In this document: positions 15,584 through 35,209 of the stretch, in pieces
How positions within the stretch are numbered: the stretch's first letter is position 1
Layout of the letters: every line of letters begins with the position of its first letter
NCBI RefSeq assembly: GCF_009914755.1
Contig: NC_060944.1
Source: the human T2T-CHM13v2.0 reference genome, Homo sapiens
DNA length: 64,000 bases
Direction: 5' to 3' (one strand)
Program-made: the position numbers and the translations under genes
Notes under the pieces: model-generated
The model's database searches: none
The model's input: the letters and a program-made list of their open reading frames with translations, nothing else
Told to the model about the DNA's origin: nothing

Positions 15584-16533
15584 CTAGGAAAAAAGAAAAA
15601 CAGCTTAGTTGAGTTATGATAAAATTGTTTGAGATGATATGGGCCTTATGCTGGAAAGTGCTCAGAGGAGCCATGGGGTCTGTGAAGCTACTGGAGTTTC
15701 AGGACAGAGTGGGGGAAATGGAGATCCCTCTAGCACTGGGGGTGACCTGGCTGCCCCACCATCAGCTGACCCCTGCAATGAGGGCTGTACCCACAGCCAG
15801 TCAGCTTGTCCCCGAGGTGTGTCCTGCTGCCTCTCACTGCCCGTACACTCCCATTGGCCGGGCCGCCTGTCGGCTGGGGGTGGCCAGCGTCTGCCTGCAC
15901 CTCTCCTGGAGCCCACCACACCCAGGGCCTCTTGCCATCCCAGGACCACACCTGGTGGACCACGCAGACGGCCAAAGGGATGGCTGGTGCCCCCCACCCA
16001 CTCCTCTCCTGATGCTTCCCAGCCTACAAGAGGCCATTCAGGTGTTGGGAGAAGGGCTGCCCCGAAGGGAAAGGCAGCAGAAAGGGAATGGCAGTGAAGG
16101 TCTGGGGACTGGGGCCCTGAGAGCAGAGGTTCCCGCAGAGACGTGGACCTCGCATCAGCAGAGATGACTCAGGCTGCCCACAAAGGGAGTGTGGAAGTAC
16201 CTCCTGTCCTGGCCTCTGTGAGAAGCAAACCACCCACTGTGCCCTCCCTCAGCTCTGAAGACGCTTCTTCCTCAGAGCCAAGTCTCCCTAGGGAGACCCC
16301 TCGACCTCCACTGCCTATGTCTGTCCTGAGCCACTTCCTGGACGAGGAGCTCAGATCCTTTGGAGTCTCTTTGTAACTTCCCCTCCTGCCTCTGCCATGG
16401 GGATGGGAGCGAGGCTGGTCGGGACTAATGGTGCCACAGGGTTTGCAGGGATGGTGGACTCTCTAGATCCAGGCATGGGAGTCACCAGGAATACTGACTC
16501 CCACTAAAGGCTGCCTCCTGCTGGGGTCCCTTA

Positions 16534-16941
<408 letters not shown>

Positions 16942-17719
16942 TCACTCTAAGTTGGTGAGCTGCACATTTGAATGGCAACTAACAGCAAGCTGAGTTAACA
17001 GAACAGATCACAGAGCTTCAGAGCTGGCACCGGCATCCTCAGGCCAGGGCTGGGACTTGCCCCACCCTCTTGGGCAGGGGAGTGAGCTCACTTCTCCCTC
17101 TCTCTTTCTTAACAGGCAAGCTAGTGAGGTCTAAGGCAGTGAAAGCCTCTGCCACCACCATCCTCAGCTCTACACTTCTCCCCCATCCCCCAGCAGCATC
17201 CATGTGTCCCACTCCGAGCCCTGACGAGCAGCAGTGCAGATGGCGTGGTCAGATGAGCAGCCCCCGGGGCCGCTGGCTGGACACCAACCTCCTCAACGCC
17301 GAAGGCTTGGTCAGGGGCAGGACAGGGAGTGGAGTCCGGAGGCTCCCAGAACAGGGAGGGCATTTCTGGGTTCAAGGCAACCATGACCCAGGAAGGGGAA
17401 AGGGGCTGTTTCCCCTTAGGGTCTAATTAGCATCTTGTTTCCATAACAGAAAACACTACCATCTCTGCCCCCCAAAATTACAACCTCCCAAGGGTCCCTC
17501 CCCCAGTCTCCAGCAAAGGTGGAGTGCAATTATCTTTCCAGCAGCCCAGCAGTGAGTCATCATCAGATGATCTGAAAGCACCACAAAGGTCAGAAAGAGC
17601 AGGTTGTGCAGTGTAAGCAAACAGTTAGTGCAGAACTTGCTGTTTCCCGACTCAGACACTAGAGGAGGGAGGAGGCCATGCAGAGGGCTAGGGCCAGGCT
17701 GGGAGGCAGGGGTATGGGG

Positions 17720-17910
17720 ACATGAGACAGAAAGAAAAGAACAGAGACAGGGACAGGAGACAGAGACAGACAGGAAGACTGAGAGACAGGAACAGAGAGG
17801 CACAGAGACAGGCAAGAAGACTGACAGGGACAGATAGGCAGGCACAGAGACAGGGACAGGAGGCAGAAGGATGCGGACAAAGAGGCAGATGCAGTGAGAG
17901 AGACAGAGGG
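17720..17910 (+). repeat. Degenerate GAGACAG-like purine-rich repeat
   Basis: Repeated gagacag/gacagg units. Confidence 0.75.
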
Positions 17911-18187
17911 ACAGTCGGAGATGGAGCTGGCAGTCTTGGTGCCAATTAGAAACGTAGACTCCACGAGAACTGAAACAGAAAGTGCTGCGTGGGATTTCAT
18001 TTCCTGACAGAAGTGCGGGGAGATGAATGGGAAGAAGCCACTCATTCTCCCTCTCCTAAGGTCTCTAGCATGCAGCAGAAGAGAACCAGTGTCAACATGG
18101 AGAGAAGGAGAGGGCAAACCACTTCCTTGCTCCTCATTCTGGAGTTTTTCCCAGCCCACAACTGTCATCCTGATGGAACTTTCTTCC

Positions 18188-18633
18188 CTGTGGTTGGCAG
18201 CATGGTGGCCCCCAAAAGTGTCCATGACCTAATCCCTGGAACTTGTGAACGCGTTGGGTCACATGGCTGGGGAATGAAAGGTATGGAAGGAATGAAAGCT
18301 ACTAACTGCTTGCCTTGAGATGGGGGTGATCCTGGACAAGCTGGGTGGGCCCAAAATAACCACAAGGGTCCTCATCAGAGAAAAAGGGAGAGGAGTCAGG
18401 GTCAGAGCCAGATGACCTGGGACTCAATCACAGAAGGGCTGTGAGCCAAGGAACACAGGTGGCTGGAAAGGGCAGCCAGGCATTCTCCCTGAGAGCCCTG
18501 CTCCCACCCTGATTCCAGCCTGGGGGCTGCAGATTCTGAATTTCTGACCTCCAGAACTGCAAGACGCTACATGTGTGCTGGTTTAAAGCACTGTTTGTGG
18601 TAACATGTTATAGCAGCAAGAGAGAATTAACAC
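18188..18633 (+). mobile_element. MaLR solo LTR (MLT1D-like)
   Basis: tgtggt...cctaatccctggaac start, ttctgacctccagaactg core, ttaacaca end. Confidence 0.7.
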
Positions 18634-18763
18634 AACCCCCACATCCAGGTGACAGCCTCTCTCCTTTGTCCCTCCCATATCTCCTCTTGGTCTGAGGATA
18701 GACACGCCACCTGCCCCCACAAGAAGGTGAAGGCAGCCAGCCACGTTGCCATCAACTCTTTAA

Positions 18764-19150
<387 letters not shown>

Positions 19151-19256
19151 TAATCCCAACACTTCGGGAGGCCAAGGTGGGCAGACTGCTTGAACCCAGT
19201 AGTTCAAGACCAGCCTGGGCAACATGGCGAAACCCTCTCTTAAAAAAAATAAAATA

Positions 19257-20928
<1,672 letters not shown>

Positions 20929-21082
20929 TCATTGTTAACACCAAGTATTTCTGTTGCCTATTAAGCCACAGTGTCCTTGGTATATATCAAACTATGGATT
21001 CTTGATTTGTTCAGTGGCAAGCCCTGGTTCATTCAAAAAAGCAGAAATGCTGAGGTGCAGAAGAATCTATCTTCTCTCTTAA

Positions 21083-21805
<723 letters not shown>

Positions 21806-22033
21806 GTTGCTGACAGGGCATCTGCTGGGGGCTCCAGGTGCTGAGCCTCCCCTACCAGAAGGGGCTCTCCTGACAGCTCCATCAGGGTCTTTGTCAGGAC
21901 CCAGGACACCATCACAGCACAGGCAAAGCAGGCGCTGGCCTTGCTCCGAGCCTCTTCGAGTGAGGCCTGCCCATGGGATACCGCCAGCAAGCAGTGGAAT
22001 TGTGCTCAGATGCTCTTGCAAAAGAAATCTCAC

Positions 22034-22079
22034 CTCTGTAGTCAAAGGTGACCACATGGTAACCAAGGGAACTCAGCAC
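22034..22079 (-). CDS. ABHD12: ABHD12 exon 6 (46 bp)
   Basis: ttacag|GTG...G|gtgaga; VLSSLGYHVVTFDYR. Confidence 0.96.
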
Positions 22080-23271
22080 CTGTAAAGTGAAAAATAAACA
22101 TCTTTGGCAACAAATCCAAGCATCTGTATTGAGGGCAGCTTGCCGCTTACTAAACTCATCCAACTTTCTCTCCTCTGCCTTGTACGTAGTGGCAGCTTCA
22201 TAAAGACTGTGACATGCTGCCTGACTCCTGGCTGGGTTTTATGAAACCAAGATGCCAACTGCCACTGCAGGACTTGCTGACATCCCTGCCTGGGAGCGCA
22301 GGAAGGCTCTCCCTTCCTCCTGCTTAGACGCTAGGGGGCCAGGAGCAGTGTCCGGCCGCAGCTCCACTCGTGCTGCAGGGCAGCCTCTGGGGCGGCCTCC
22401 TCTGGAGGCAGACAGCTCTCGGTGCTGCAGTGTGATGGTAGACCCCCAGGAGGAGGGCTACACTGTGCAGAGACCCCATCTGGGGACCCTTGCTGCAACC
22501 CAGTATTTCTTGGATTTTAAGCTCTTGTCAATTTTTTTTTCTGTTATTTTTTTTTAATCCCTACAGACTAGCTGACCTCTTTCATTTAGCTCACTCCTCA
22601 AACACCCACCCCTGTGCCCTTGCTGGGGTGTGCCCAGAGCAACATGGGAGGCTGCCGCACCATCATGTCACCCAGAATCACAGCTCCCTTCTTTGGGGGG
22701 GTTGTTGGGTGCTTCCCCAGGGCAGCCTGCACTTCCTTGCCAGCTCCTAGCCACCGCAGAGGCTATAACCAGAGCCAACCTGCTCCAGCCCTGTTGACCT
22801 CAGCAGGATGAATCATTTCTTTTAACAGAAAACTGAAAAAAGGACCAATCACTTCTCAAACTCTCCCCACCTTTCCTGACTTAATGCAATGTACTCCACG
22901 GGTAAAATCCTCCAATAGCTCAGAGCTGGGTGTGCCCCCGCCTCTGTCTGTGCCCCTGCCTCTGTCTGTGTTCCCTTCTGCCCTGTGGGCCAGTGCAGAT
23001 GGCCCTCTGAGGGGAGGAGAGTGAGGCTGTTTCAACAGTATCTCTTGGGCTCCAAGACCCAGACAACCAGATGAAGAACAAAACCAAGCAACCAAGCACA
23101 AGTGAAGGTCTGCACGCCCTGCCCTAGGCACCCCCTGCATGTGGGGAGACCTGCAGGCGCTCCCACTGTGTGCCTGGAAGCTGATTCAAGTCCCACCTGC
23201 AGCCCTTGCTGGGGTGAGCCTACGACCTGGCAGTCAGTGTAGCACCTGGAGCACCTGGTTTCTCTTTTCCT

Positions 23272-24040
23272 TTTTTTTTGTTTTTTGAGACGGAGTCTTG
23301 CTCTGTTGCCCAGGCTAGAGTGCAGTGGTGCCATCTTGGCTCACTGCAACCTCCGCCTCCCAGGTTTAAGCAATTCTCTGCCTCAGCCTCCTGAGTAGCT
23401 GGGATTACAGGCGCCCGCCACCACGCCTGGCTAATTTTTTTTGTATTTTTAGTAGAGACGGGGTTTCACCATCCTGGCCGGCTGGTCTTGAACTCCTGAC
23501 CTTGTGATCCACCCATCTTGGCCTCCCAAAGTGCTGGGATTACAGGCGTGAGCCACCACACCCAGCCGTCTCTTTTCATTTTATACACAAGTAACGTAAC
23601 ATTGAAAAACAATTTCCAGTGCTGCTTATGTAGTCTGCCAATATCTGCACTTGGTCTACAAAGCCCATACATTCTGATGTTGGGGCCCAGGCCTAGAAGC
23701 AGTGTGATGGGCAGTCACAGCAGAGGCAGCCAAGGCCCTACCTTCCAGCACGCCCATCCAAAGGCAGTGTTAAAAAGCTCAACACGCCTGTCATCCCAAC
23801 ACTTTGGGAGGCCAAGGTGGGAGGCCCAGGAGTTCGAGACCAGCCTGAGCAACATAGGGAGACCTCATTTCTACAAAAAAACAAACAAAAATTAGCTGGG
23901 CGTGGTGGCGGCATGCACCTGCAGTCTCAGGAGGCTGAAGCAGGAGGATAGTTTGAGCCCAGGAGGTCGACGCTGCAGTGCGCTGTGACTGTACCACTGC
24001 ACTCCAGCCTGGGCAACAGAGGAGGAGGACCCTGTCTCAC
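23272..24040. mobile_element. Two Alus: ~23272-23566(-), 23782-24040(+)
   Basis: Alu motifs. Confidence 0.88.
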
Positions 24041-24156
24041 ACACACAAACAGCCCAGCAATAGTTAACTCTCAAGCTGTGAGTCTGGTGACTCCCTTCAC
24101 TTCCTGCCCTGGAAAGAACAGCCCAGGGAACAGGTGTGGGTGCTGCCTGCACTCAC

Positions 24157-24187
24157 CTTGTAAAGCTCCACGCGGTGGTCGCCTCCT
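24157..24187 (-). CDS. ABHD12: ABHD12 exon 5 (31 bp)
   Basis: ctccag|A...AAG|gtgagt; (R)GGDHRVELYK. Confidence 0.95.
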
Positions 24188-25142
24188 CTGGAGAAGAAAA
24201 CAGGACATGGTGTGAGCACATCTTCTCAGAGTTGGGCCCCAGGTCAACTTGTCCTCCATACCCCAAACCAGGGGGAGGCCAATGAAAGAGGGCAGAACCT
24301 CTTCCTTGGGTCCCCCTAAGTAGCCCCACACTCGCCTCTGGCAGTGCTGTGCCAAGGGGGAGATGGTCTTAGCACTTTGGGGGAGATTTCTTAATGACTG
24401 CTTTTATTTTTCAGTAGGTAATGCACACCTACAGCCCCAAACTAGAAAGACACTAAAGGAAACACAGCAAGGCCTCATCCACCACACCCCAGACCCTCCC
24501 AGCTTCCCTGTGCCAAGGACACCCTGTGTAGACAGAGGCTGTGCTCCAACAGGACCCGTATGGGCGACTTCTGCCCTCACTTCTTGCTCCGCACGTCTCA
24601 GCCGACCTTCAGAACTCTGCTTAGCCACACCACCCTGGCCTCTCATGGTCATCTTGACTGTTTCCCACCTGGCACTAACTTCTGTTTGCTGCTGTGGCCA
24701 CCCTGCCTTACAGCCCTTCACATGTGTGTGCTCTGCACATGGGATATGCTCCTAGAATCTCCCCAGGGAGGCCCTGAAGTGCCGGAACGGCTGCCTCCCG
24801 CCCCTCACAGCCAACTACAGCTTCACCGTGCATGTCGCTACTGAGACTAAGTGGGCTCGGCACACACCCTCCCATTTGTACTTCCTTGTCTGAGGCCTGT
24901 CTAGGCTCCCTTCCCTCTTTCTTTCCAGTTGTTGGCCAGCTGTTAACCTGGACCGACCCCACAGCAGGGACATGGGCCACCTGGGAGGAGGGCGGGTCCA
25001 CACTCTCCACACTCCCTAGCCGTGCTCCTCCTTCCTCAGGAGCGGTCTCAACATTTCAGGTATGGGGGCGGGAGTGTTGCTGGTTGGACACCAGGATGAG
25101 ATGGAGGAGGAAGCCAATAAAGTACAGAAACAAAAATATAAA

Positions 25143-25446
<304 letters not shown>

Positions 25447-27306
25447 GAATGAGTTTCAAGGCAAGGAGGAAACACTGCAAAATATTTTCAGTTATCATTG
25501 TAAGAGTTCACAGTGGCTCTAAGTTTCTAAAATTTCCTACATTAAGCAAAAAAGGAACAGTTGCTGGGAATCCAGGGGGTCTGGACCTCAGGGGGACCCG
25601 GGTGGTGGATCCCGCAGACCAGCGAAACCCCAGTGGGATGCACAGGACAAAGAAAGCAGGCAACGTGGGGGTGGCGAGGACTGCAGCCAGGCAGTCTCTG
25701 CAGGATTGGGAGGGGGCAGCAAACACTGAAAGTCACGGCATCCCTTTCTAACCTAAAGTTATAGGCAGGATCTTTTTTTTTTTTTTTTAACCATGTGATG
25801 GGCACTGCAGAACTGAACCTTATTCACAGCCAACCACAGTTCTGTCATTTATAAAAAGATGCTGCAAGAGCTGTTTGTAGCCACTTGCTCTTTGAAAAGC
25901 AGAAGAGAAACCCTCTGCAGCTTGTCCCAGACAAAGAAGAAAGGAAACTGTGCAGCACATGCATGATTCTGTAGCTAGACACGCCATCCCTGACACAGAA
26001 ACCGCTTCACGGGCCATGCCGCCAGGCTCTTTCAGCAATGCTCTCTGCAGGGTTCCACCATGCAGACCCCACCTAGGCCTGCTTTCCCTTCCAGAAGGGC
26101 CCAGCACAGCTCTCCTTGCTGGCTCTGCCTATAAAATGTTTGCCCCCAGCCCTGACATACCCTGGTGCCACACGGGACCTCGGCCCTGGCCCCGCAGCAG
26201 CCCTGTCTCCGTGCTGGGTCTGCCTCTGTGCTGGCTCCTGGCTGCCTCTCTCACACACGAAGACCTTGGTGGTTTTCAAACAATGCTTTGTTCAGAAAAT
26301 GTATCCCCTCCGCACCCACCCTGGGTTCTCCCACAGAGGCTCTTCTGAACAGCAATCACATGGTGTGGAAGGAGCACCCTTTTAAGGCAGGGAGGCCAAC
26401 TCCAGGGCAGCCAGTGGAAAGGACAAGCCATTAGACCCACTCAGGAAAAGCATCTGAGATAAAACTGGGCAGGGCTGATTAACCAAAGAGTGCATGAACT
26501 TCAGCAACAGCCCGTTAGGGTGAGCAGAGAGCTCACACTGTAGGGTGGCCTGCAAAGACCCCAGCACCTGGTGCTTTCAGCCTCTCCCTCCTGCCCCTTC
26601 TCAGCACCTGCCACTTTTTTCCAGGAAGTGTGCCACCTCCTCCAGGGCTGCCCTGGCTCCGGCTTCACCTGTCTGCCACCTGGAGCTATCTTACAGGTAA
26701 CAAAGATCTGCCTGCCACTTCAGGCAGCATGACAGATATAGAGAAAACAAGCTGCCAGTGAGCTGAAGCCGCCCATTCCCAAGAGCGCGAGGCACCCACA
26801 GCCAAGTGCCACTATGACCCCTCCTCGGAGGGACCCCAAAGCCCTCACTCTCCAAGAAACCCTGCTCCCCAAATCACATACCAGCAGATGCTGTGACCTT
26901 TGAGATTACAACAAGGAGAAAAAAACATGCCCCTCTGGCTGGGGAGCTCAGCTCCTGACTGAGACTCAGCCTCCTTCATCCCAATCCAGGCTGCAGCTCC
27001 AGATAGGGGACGGTCTGCACACAGCTTCCCACACTTGGTCCCCACGGAACACAGCCGTGCTGGCCTCAGCCTGTGGGAACCCTGCTTCATGTAAACGTCA
27101 CCTAAACTCCGCCTTCCCTCAACCCCTTCAGAACTCTGCCTTTCCCTTCGTTCTTGGGAGGCTCTCCCTCATTGCAGTGGGTCAGTACACCCAATTTTGT
27201 GGGACCGCAGGTTGCTCCTGCTGGTTTCCGGCAGACCGGGCCAGGACATTCCCACCCCAAAAAGGAGCCATGCTCCACAGCAAAGATGATGGGCTCCTCT
27301 CCCTCA

Positions 27307-27504
<198 letters not shown>

Positions 27505-29422
27505 TTAATCAGCTCAAGTCCAGACAGCAGGGAGCTGCAGACCCCATCTAACTACAGGGGAACAGATGGGGGTGGGTGGTAGAAAACTATCCCCATCACT
27601 AGAATCAATAACCACGGAACTGCAGGCTGTGTGGATGGCACTGACAGCTTCAGCAGGAGCGTTCCCTGACTGGCAGGCCAGCCTCCTCTGGGCCACAAAG
27701 GCTTGCAATGTGCCAGTTACCACTGGGGCCTGGCAGAGAAGCAGCACTTAGTCCATCTTGAGTAATAGCATTTTCCTCATACGTGCCCCACATCCCAGTT
27801 AACCCCATGCTTAAATTGTCCACAGTTTAACTCACAATGGATTTTAAACAGTACATGCTGTCACATTTGCTAATTCAGCAACACCAATGTTTGTGAGCCA
27901 GACTAGAAACCGGGCCATCGCTGACGCCATTTCTAATGTCAAGTATGCACCACCTTCCCAGTCTGCTCATGGTCCACACCTGGCTGGGCACTCTGAAGCT
28001 GCTGGTCTATCTAGCCAAACCCTCCTTCAGAGAGATACTGAGGTTAATTTTAACTCAGGCCACATCGAATACTGTTAATCACTGGGGAGGGTCCAAATTA
28101 ATCACTTTTCTGTAAAGCTTATTCAAATTCATTCTGGATACCAGTGACAAGAATCTTTAAAAAAATTTAATGGCCAACTTCTTATTTTCTAGATCTTAAG
28201 CTTCAGCATCTCATTTCTAACGTCTCTCTCTGATCCGTTCAAAAGGATCACTTTTGGGATGGTTCTAGTCACTATGATCATCACTCCCATACAGTTATAA
28301 ATTTGAGGGATAGGACGTCACATTTTGAAGGTGCTGGGAGCAGATGTGCTTCCAGTAGCCAGCCGCCCCAAACCTGGGCTCCTGACAAAGAGCCAGGGAA
28401 CTCCTAGCCAGCAGAGAAACCCATTCCTGGGCCTCTCCTCTCAGCAGACAGGCGATGGCCAGGCATGGCCAGGAATGGCCCCCAGGCTCCACTCTAGGCC
28501 TTGAGGCCCTCCTTTCAGGAAGCTGGTGGGAGGGTCTGATGAAGCGATGGTGGGGGCAGTTGGTGAGCTGGGCCTGCTGCTGCCTGAGGGCCCAATGTCA
28601 TTGTGACTGCCTAGGGCATGAGAGTGGGCAGCAGCCGCACTCACCAACACGCACCCACCAACACACAGCAACACACAGCGTGGCTGTCACTGCCTTGACA
28701 CTTGCCACTGACATCACTAAACAAAACCTTTTCTGGTAGCTGATAATGTATGCAGGAGTTGTTAGTACTTCCAGCCTAAGTCTCACCACCATAAACACCC
28801 TCCTGCAATAGGACAGACTCATGTTAACCAAGAAGAGGGCTGACCAAGTCCCACTCAGCAGCTCTGTGCAAAACAAGTCATGCTTCAGACAGAAACCTGA
28901 GGAGTCCCACAGTCACACATTGGTCAGTAAATGCTAGATTAAATCAAATCAGGAAGTGACAAAAGACTTTAATCCCAGCACCAACTACTAAGAACAAAAA
29001 TCTCCCTTCTTGTTTTATGTTCTTTACCAAGGACCACTGTTAGAAATGTCTGAATGTTCTCTCATCCACACTGGGAAGCTACTCACAGCATTTCATTTAG
29101 AAGCTTCTCACATACACAGTGGTTTTCTGAGACAGTGGAAAGCGACGTTATGGCTACTGAAAAATAAATTCAGCTAGATAAAAGGGCTGTGATTCAGGCT
29201 CACTTCTCAGAGAAAAACGGAAATGCTACAGTGAGGTTGGTCAATTTTAATTCAGCTGTTCAGAAGCACCACTTGTGTACAGAAGAAAACATTAAAATGT
29301 ATTCCAAGGAGACACAGAGAAGTCACAAGGCTTATGTCCAGTGTAAACTTATGGCTTAAAAAAGTAAATACTCAGAAGACAGCCAACACCATCATCATCA
29401 GCTGGTGCGAAGCTATATGTGA

Positions 29423-30127
<705 letters not shown>

Positions 30128-30429
30128 ACTTATATCCTGTTTCTAGCTTCTTTGTTTGCTTTTCGTTTTTCCTAGAAACAAGTCTCTCTAAAAATAATAA
30201 TCTGTTCACAAAGCCTTTGCTGTTTTGAAAGGCTGGGAATAGAGTTTAAAGCCATTGAATCCCTCAACATTAGGATGGATCAAATGTACTGAGATCTTTC
30301 CTTTAGGAAAGGAAGAGGTGAAGATAAAAATGAACAACATTTCAGAGGCCAATGTCAAAGACAGCACCAGCTCAGTCATGTAGGGTCCTTTCCTGCTGCT
30401 GGAGGGGCTGCAGAGCTCACTGGCACTCA

Positions 30430-30687
<258 letters not shown>

Positions 30688-32109
30688 TCAGAAAGCACCA
30701 AGTCCTTTTCCTGTGCAATCTTACAATGGTGCCAGACCTGCAGGCCCAGCCTCAGGCAAGGTATGGGCTGAGGCCAGCCAGCATGGGCAGGGACAGAGAC
30801 TGCAGTGAGGGCAAGGTCTGTGTAGAGACTGGAACGCTAAGGTCTAAGGTCATTCTAGGTGTGAGAAGATGCAAATGAGGGAAGGAAAGATCCCCAACAG
30901 GTCTGAAGGATGGGCCAGCCAGGAGGGAGGCTGGGGAGGCTGAGCCTGCGAATAACTCAGGTGCCTGGTGGAGTGGGAAGGACAGCAGGAAAGGGGATGG
31001 CGCTGCAGGACCTGATGACCAACGGAACGTTGGGTGGCAAACAAGGTAAAGGGGATTCCAAAGTTTCCAGGACTGCTGCCTAACACAGAAAAGACAGCAG
31101 AAGGTGAGGTGTGGGGCAGCGAGGGGGATGAATCCATAGGACCCATGCAGAGCAGAATGAAGTCAGTGCAATGGCCCAGCAGAAGTCCTGCATCTACCAG
31201 GTCATCTGCCAGCAGGACAGCGAGTGAATTAACCAGCACCTCACACTGTGGAAGACCATGGGGCCCTTAGACCTGGAGGAACCTCCAGGACCTGCGGGCA
31301 GATGAGAGGAGCAAGGTGACTGTGGGTGCGGGTGCGGTAGCCCCACTTTGTTATTGTAAAAACATGCAAATGAAACACGACCTCCACATGTGGCTGGGAG
31401 GATATACAGAAAGACAGAAGCCAGGCTGCTCACACAGCTTCAAAGTGTGTGTGTGGGGAGAATGGGGGCAATTTTTTCCTTATATACCATTGTAGTCTTA
31501 CTGCTTTTGGTGAACACAACTTTAAAATAAGTTTAACTGAAAAACAAAAAATTTAAAATAAACGCATGAACCCTGAGGTGGGATTTGCCTGCTTTATAAA
31601 ATGGCAACTCCCAAAAGAGGCAATGACAGAGAGCAGTGTGGGCCTGGCTTCCCTCTGGTGGGTCCTGCCCCCGGGGAAGCTCTGCTGCTGACAGCTGTCT
31701 CTGGTGAAGACAGGGGTTGCGTGACTCCCATGTCCATGTGGCACATTGCACATCTAGCCTCACTTCCTCAAATGTCACCAGGCTGGACTCACGAGGACAT
31801 GGGGACATACACACTCCTTCCCAGAAACTCCCTGAGCGTCTGTCCCAGACCATGTGGGGAGACAGTTCCTACCACCAGGGCTGCTGTTCATACCCCACCT
31901 TCTTACTCCATCTCTTTCCCAGGAAGCAGATACATCTTCAAAATTTTAGTAAGAAGTTTCTCTCAAAATAAAAAATGGCAAAGGAGATGATCCACATCCC
32001 CATTAGCTCCAGCTGAGCCAGGCTGCACAGTCTCTGAGGCAAGCCACCACCATCACCATCTGATGGCTCCTATTAGATTGCCAGCTCACATGACGGAGCT
32101 GGATTTTTT

Positions 32110-32309
32110 GATACCAGCCTGGGCAACACGGCAAAACCCCACCTCTACAAAAAATATAAAAATTACCCAGGTAAGGTGACATGCACCTGTGATCCCAGCC
32201 ACTTGTGAGGCTGAGGAGGGAGAATCACTTGAGCCCAGGAGGTCAAGGCTGCAGTAAGCCAAGGTTGTACCACTGTACTCCAGCCTGAGTGACAGAGAGA
32301 CCCTGTTTC

Positions 32310-32335
<26 letters not shown>
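32110..32335 (+). mobile_element. 5'-truncated Alu with long A tail
   Basis: Begins mid left arm. Confidence 0.85.
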
Positions 32336-32341
<6 letters not shown>

Positions 32342-32451
32342 GCTTTGAACCCGGCAGCCCGGCTGCACAGCCCTGCCTCCTGGCTGGCTGGACAGGAAGT
32401 CAGGGAGGTAATGAGCCTGGCCCCTGAGAGGCCTGGGAGGCCCGCCTGCCC

Positions 32452-32890
32452 TGTTATGGGCTGAGTTGTGCTCCCCAAAAAAGACTATGTTCAAGGCCTC
32501 ACCCCCAGTACCTAAGAGTGTGACCTTACTTGGAAACAGTGTCTTTATGGAGGTAATCAAGCTCAAATGAGGTCACTGGGTGGATACTAACCCAACATGA
32601 CTGGTATCCTTATAAAATGGGGACATTTAGACACAGAGACAGAGGGAAGACCATGAGAAGATGACCAAGAAGATGGAGAAGATGGAGGCAGAGATTTGAG
32701 GGAAGCTTCTCCAAGCCGGGAATGCTGCCAGACAGACAGGCAAGAAGGGTCCACCTCAGCATCTCAGGAGGAGCTGGGCCCACCCACACCTCGACCTCAG
32801 ACTCCCAGCCTCCACAACCATGAGAGGATACATTTATTTTAAGCCACTCAGTTTGCAGGTTTGTTTGAGCGGCCCTAAGAAATAAATGCA
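32452..32890 (+). mobile_element. MaLR solo LTR (MLT1B-like)
   Basis: tgttatgggctgagttgtg start, gtgaccttacttggaaacag core, ttttaagccactcagtttg end. Confidence 0.8.
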
Positions 32891-32894
32891 GCCA

Positions 32895-35209
<2,315 letters not shown>

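Noticed and set aside
15616-16167. 183-aa + strand ORF antisense to ABHD12 intron 7
   Set aside because: No recognisable domain or exon structure; expected by chance in GC-rich DNA
17659-18225. 188-aa Ser/Leu/Cys-rich ORF
   Set aside because: Largely the reverse of a low-complexity GA repeat
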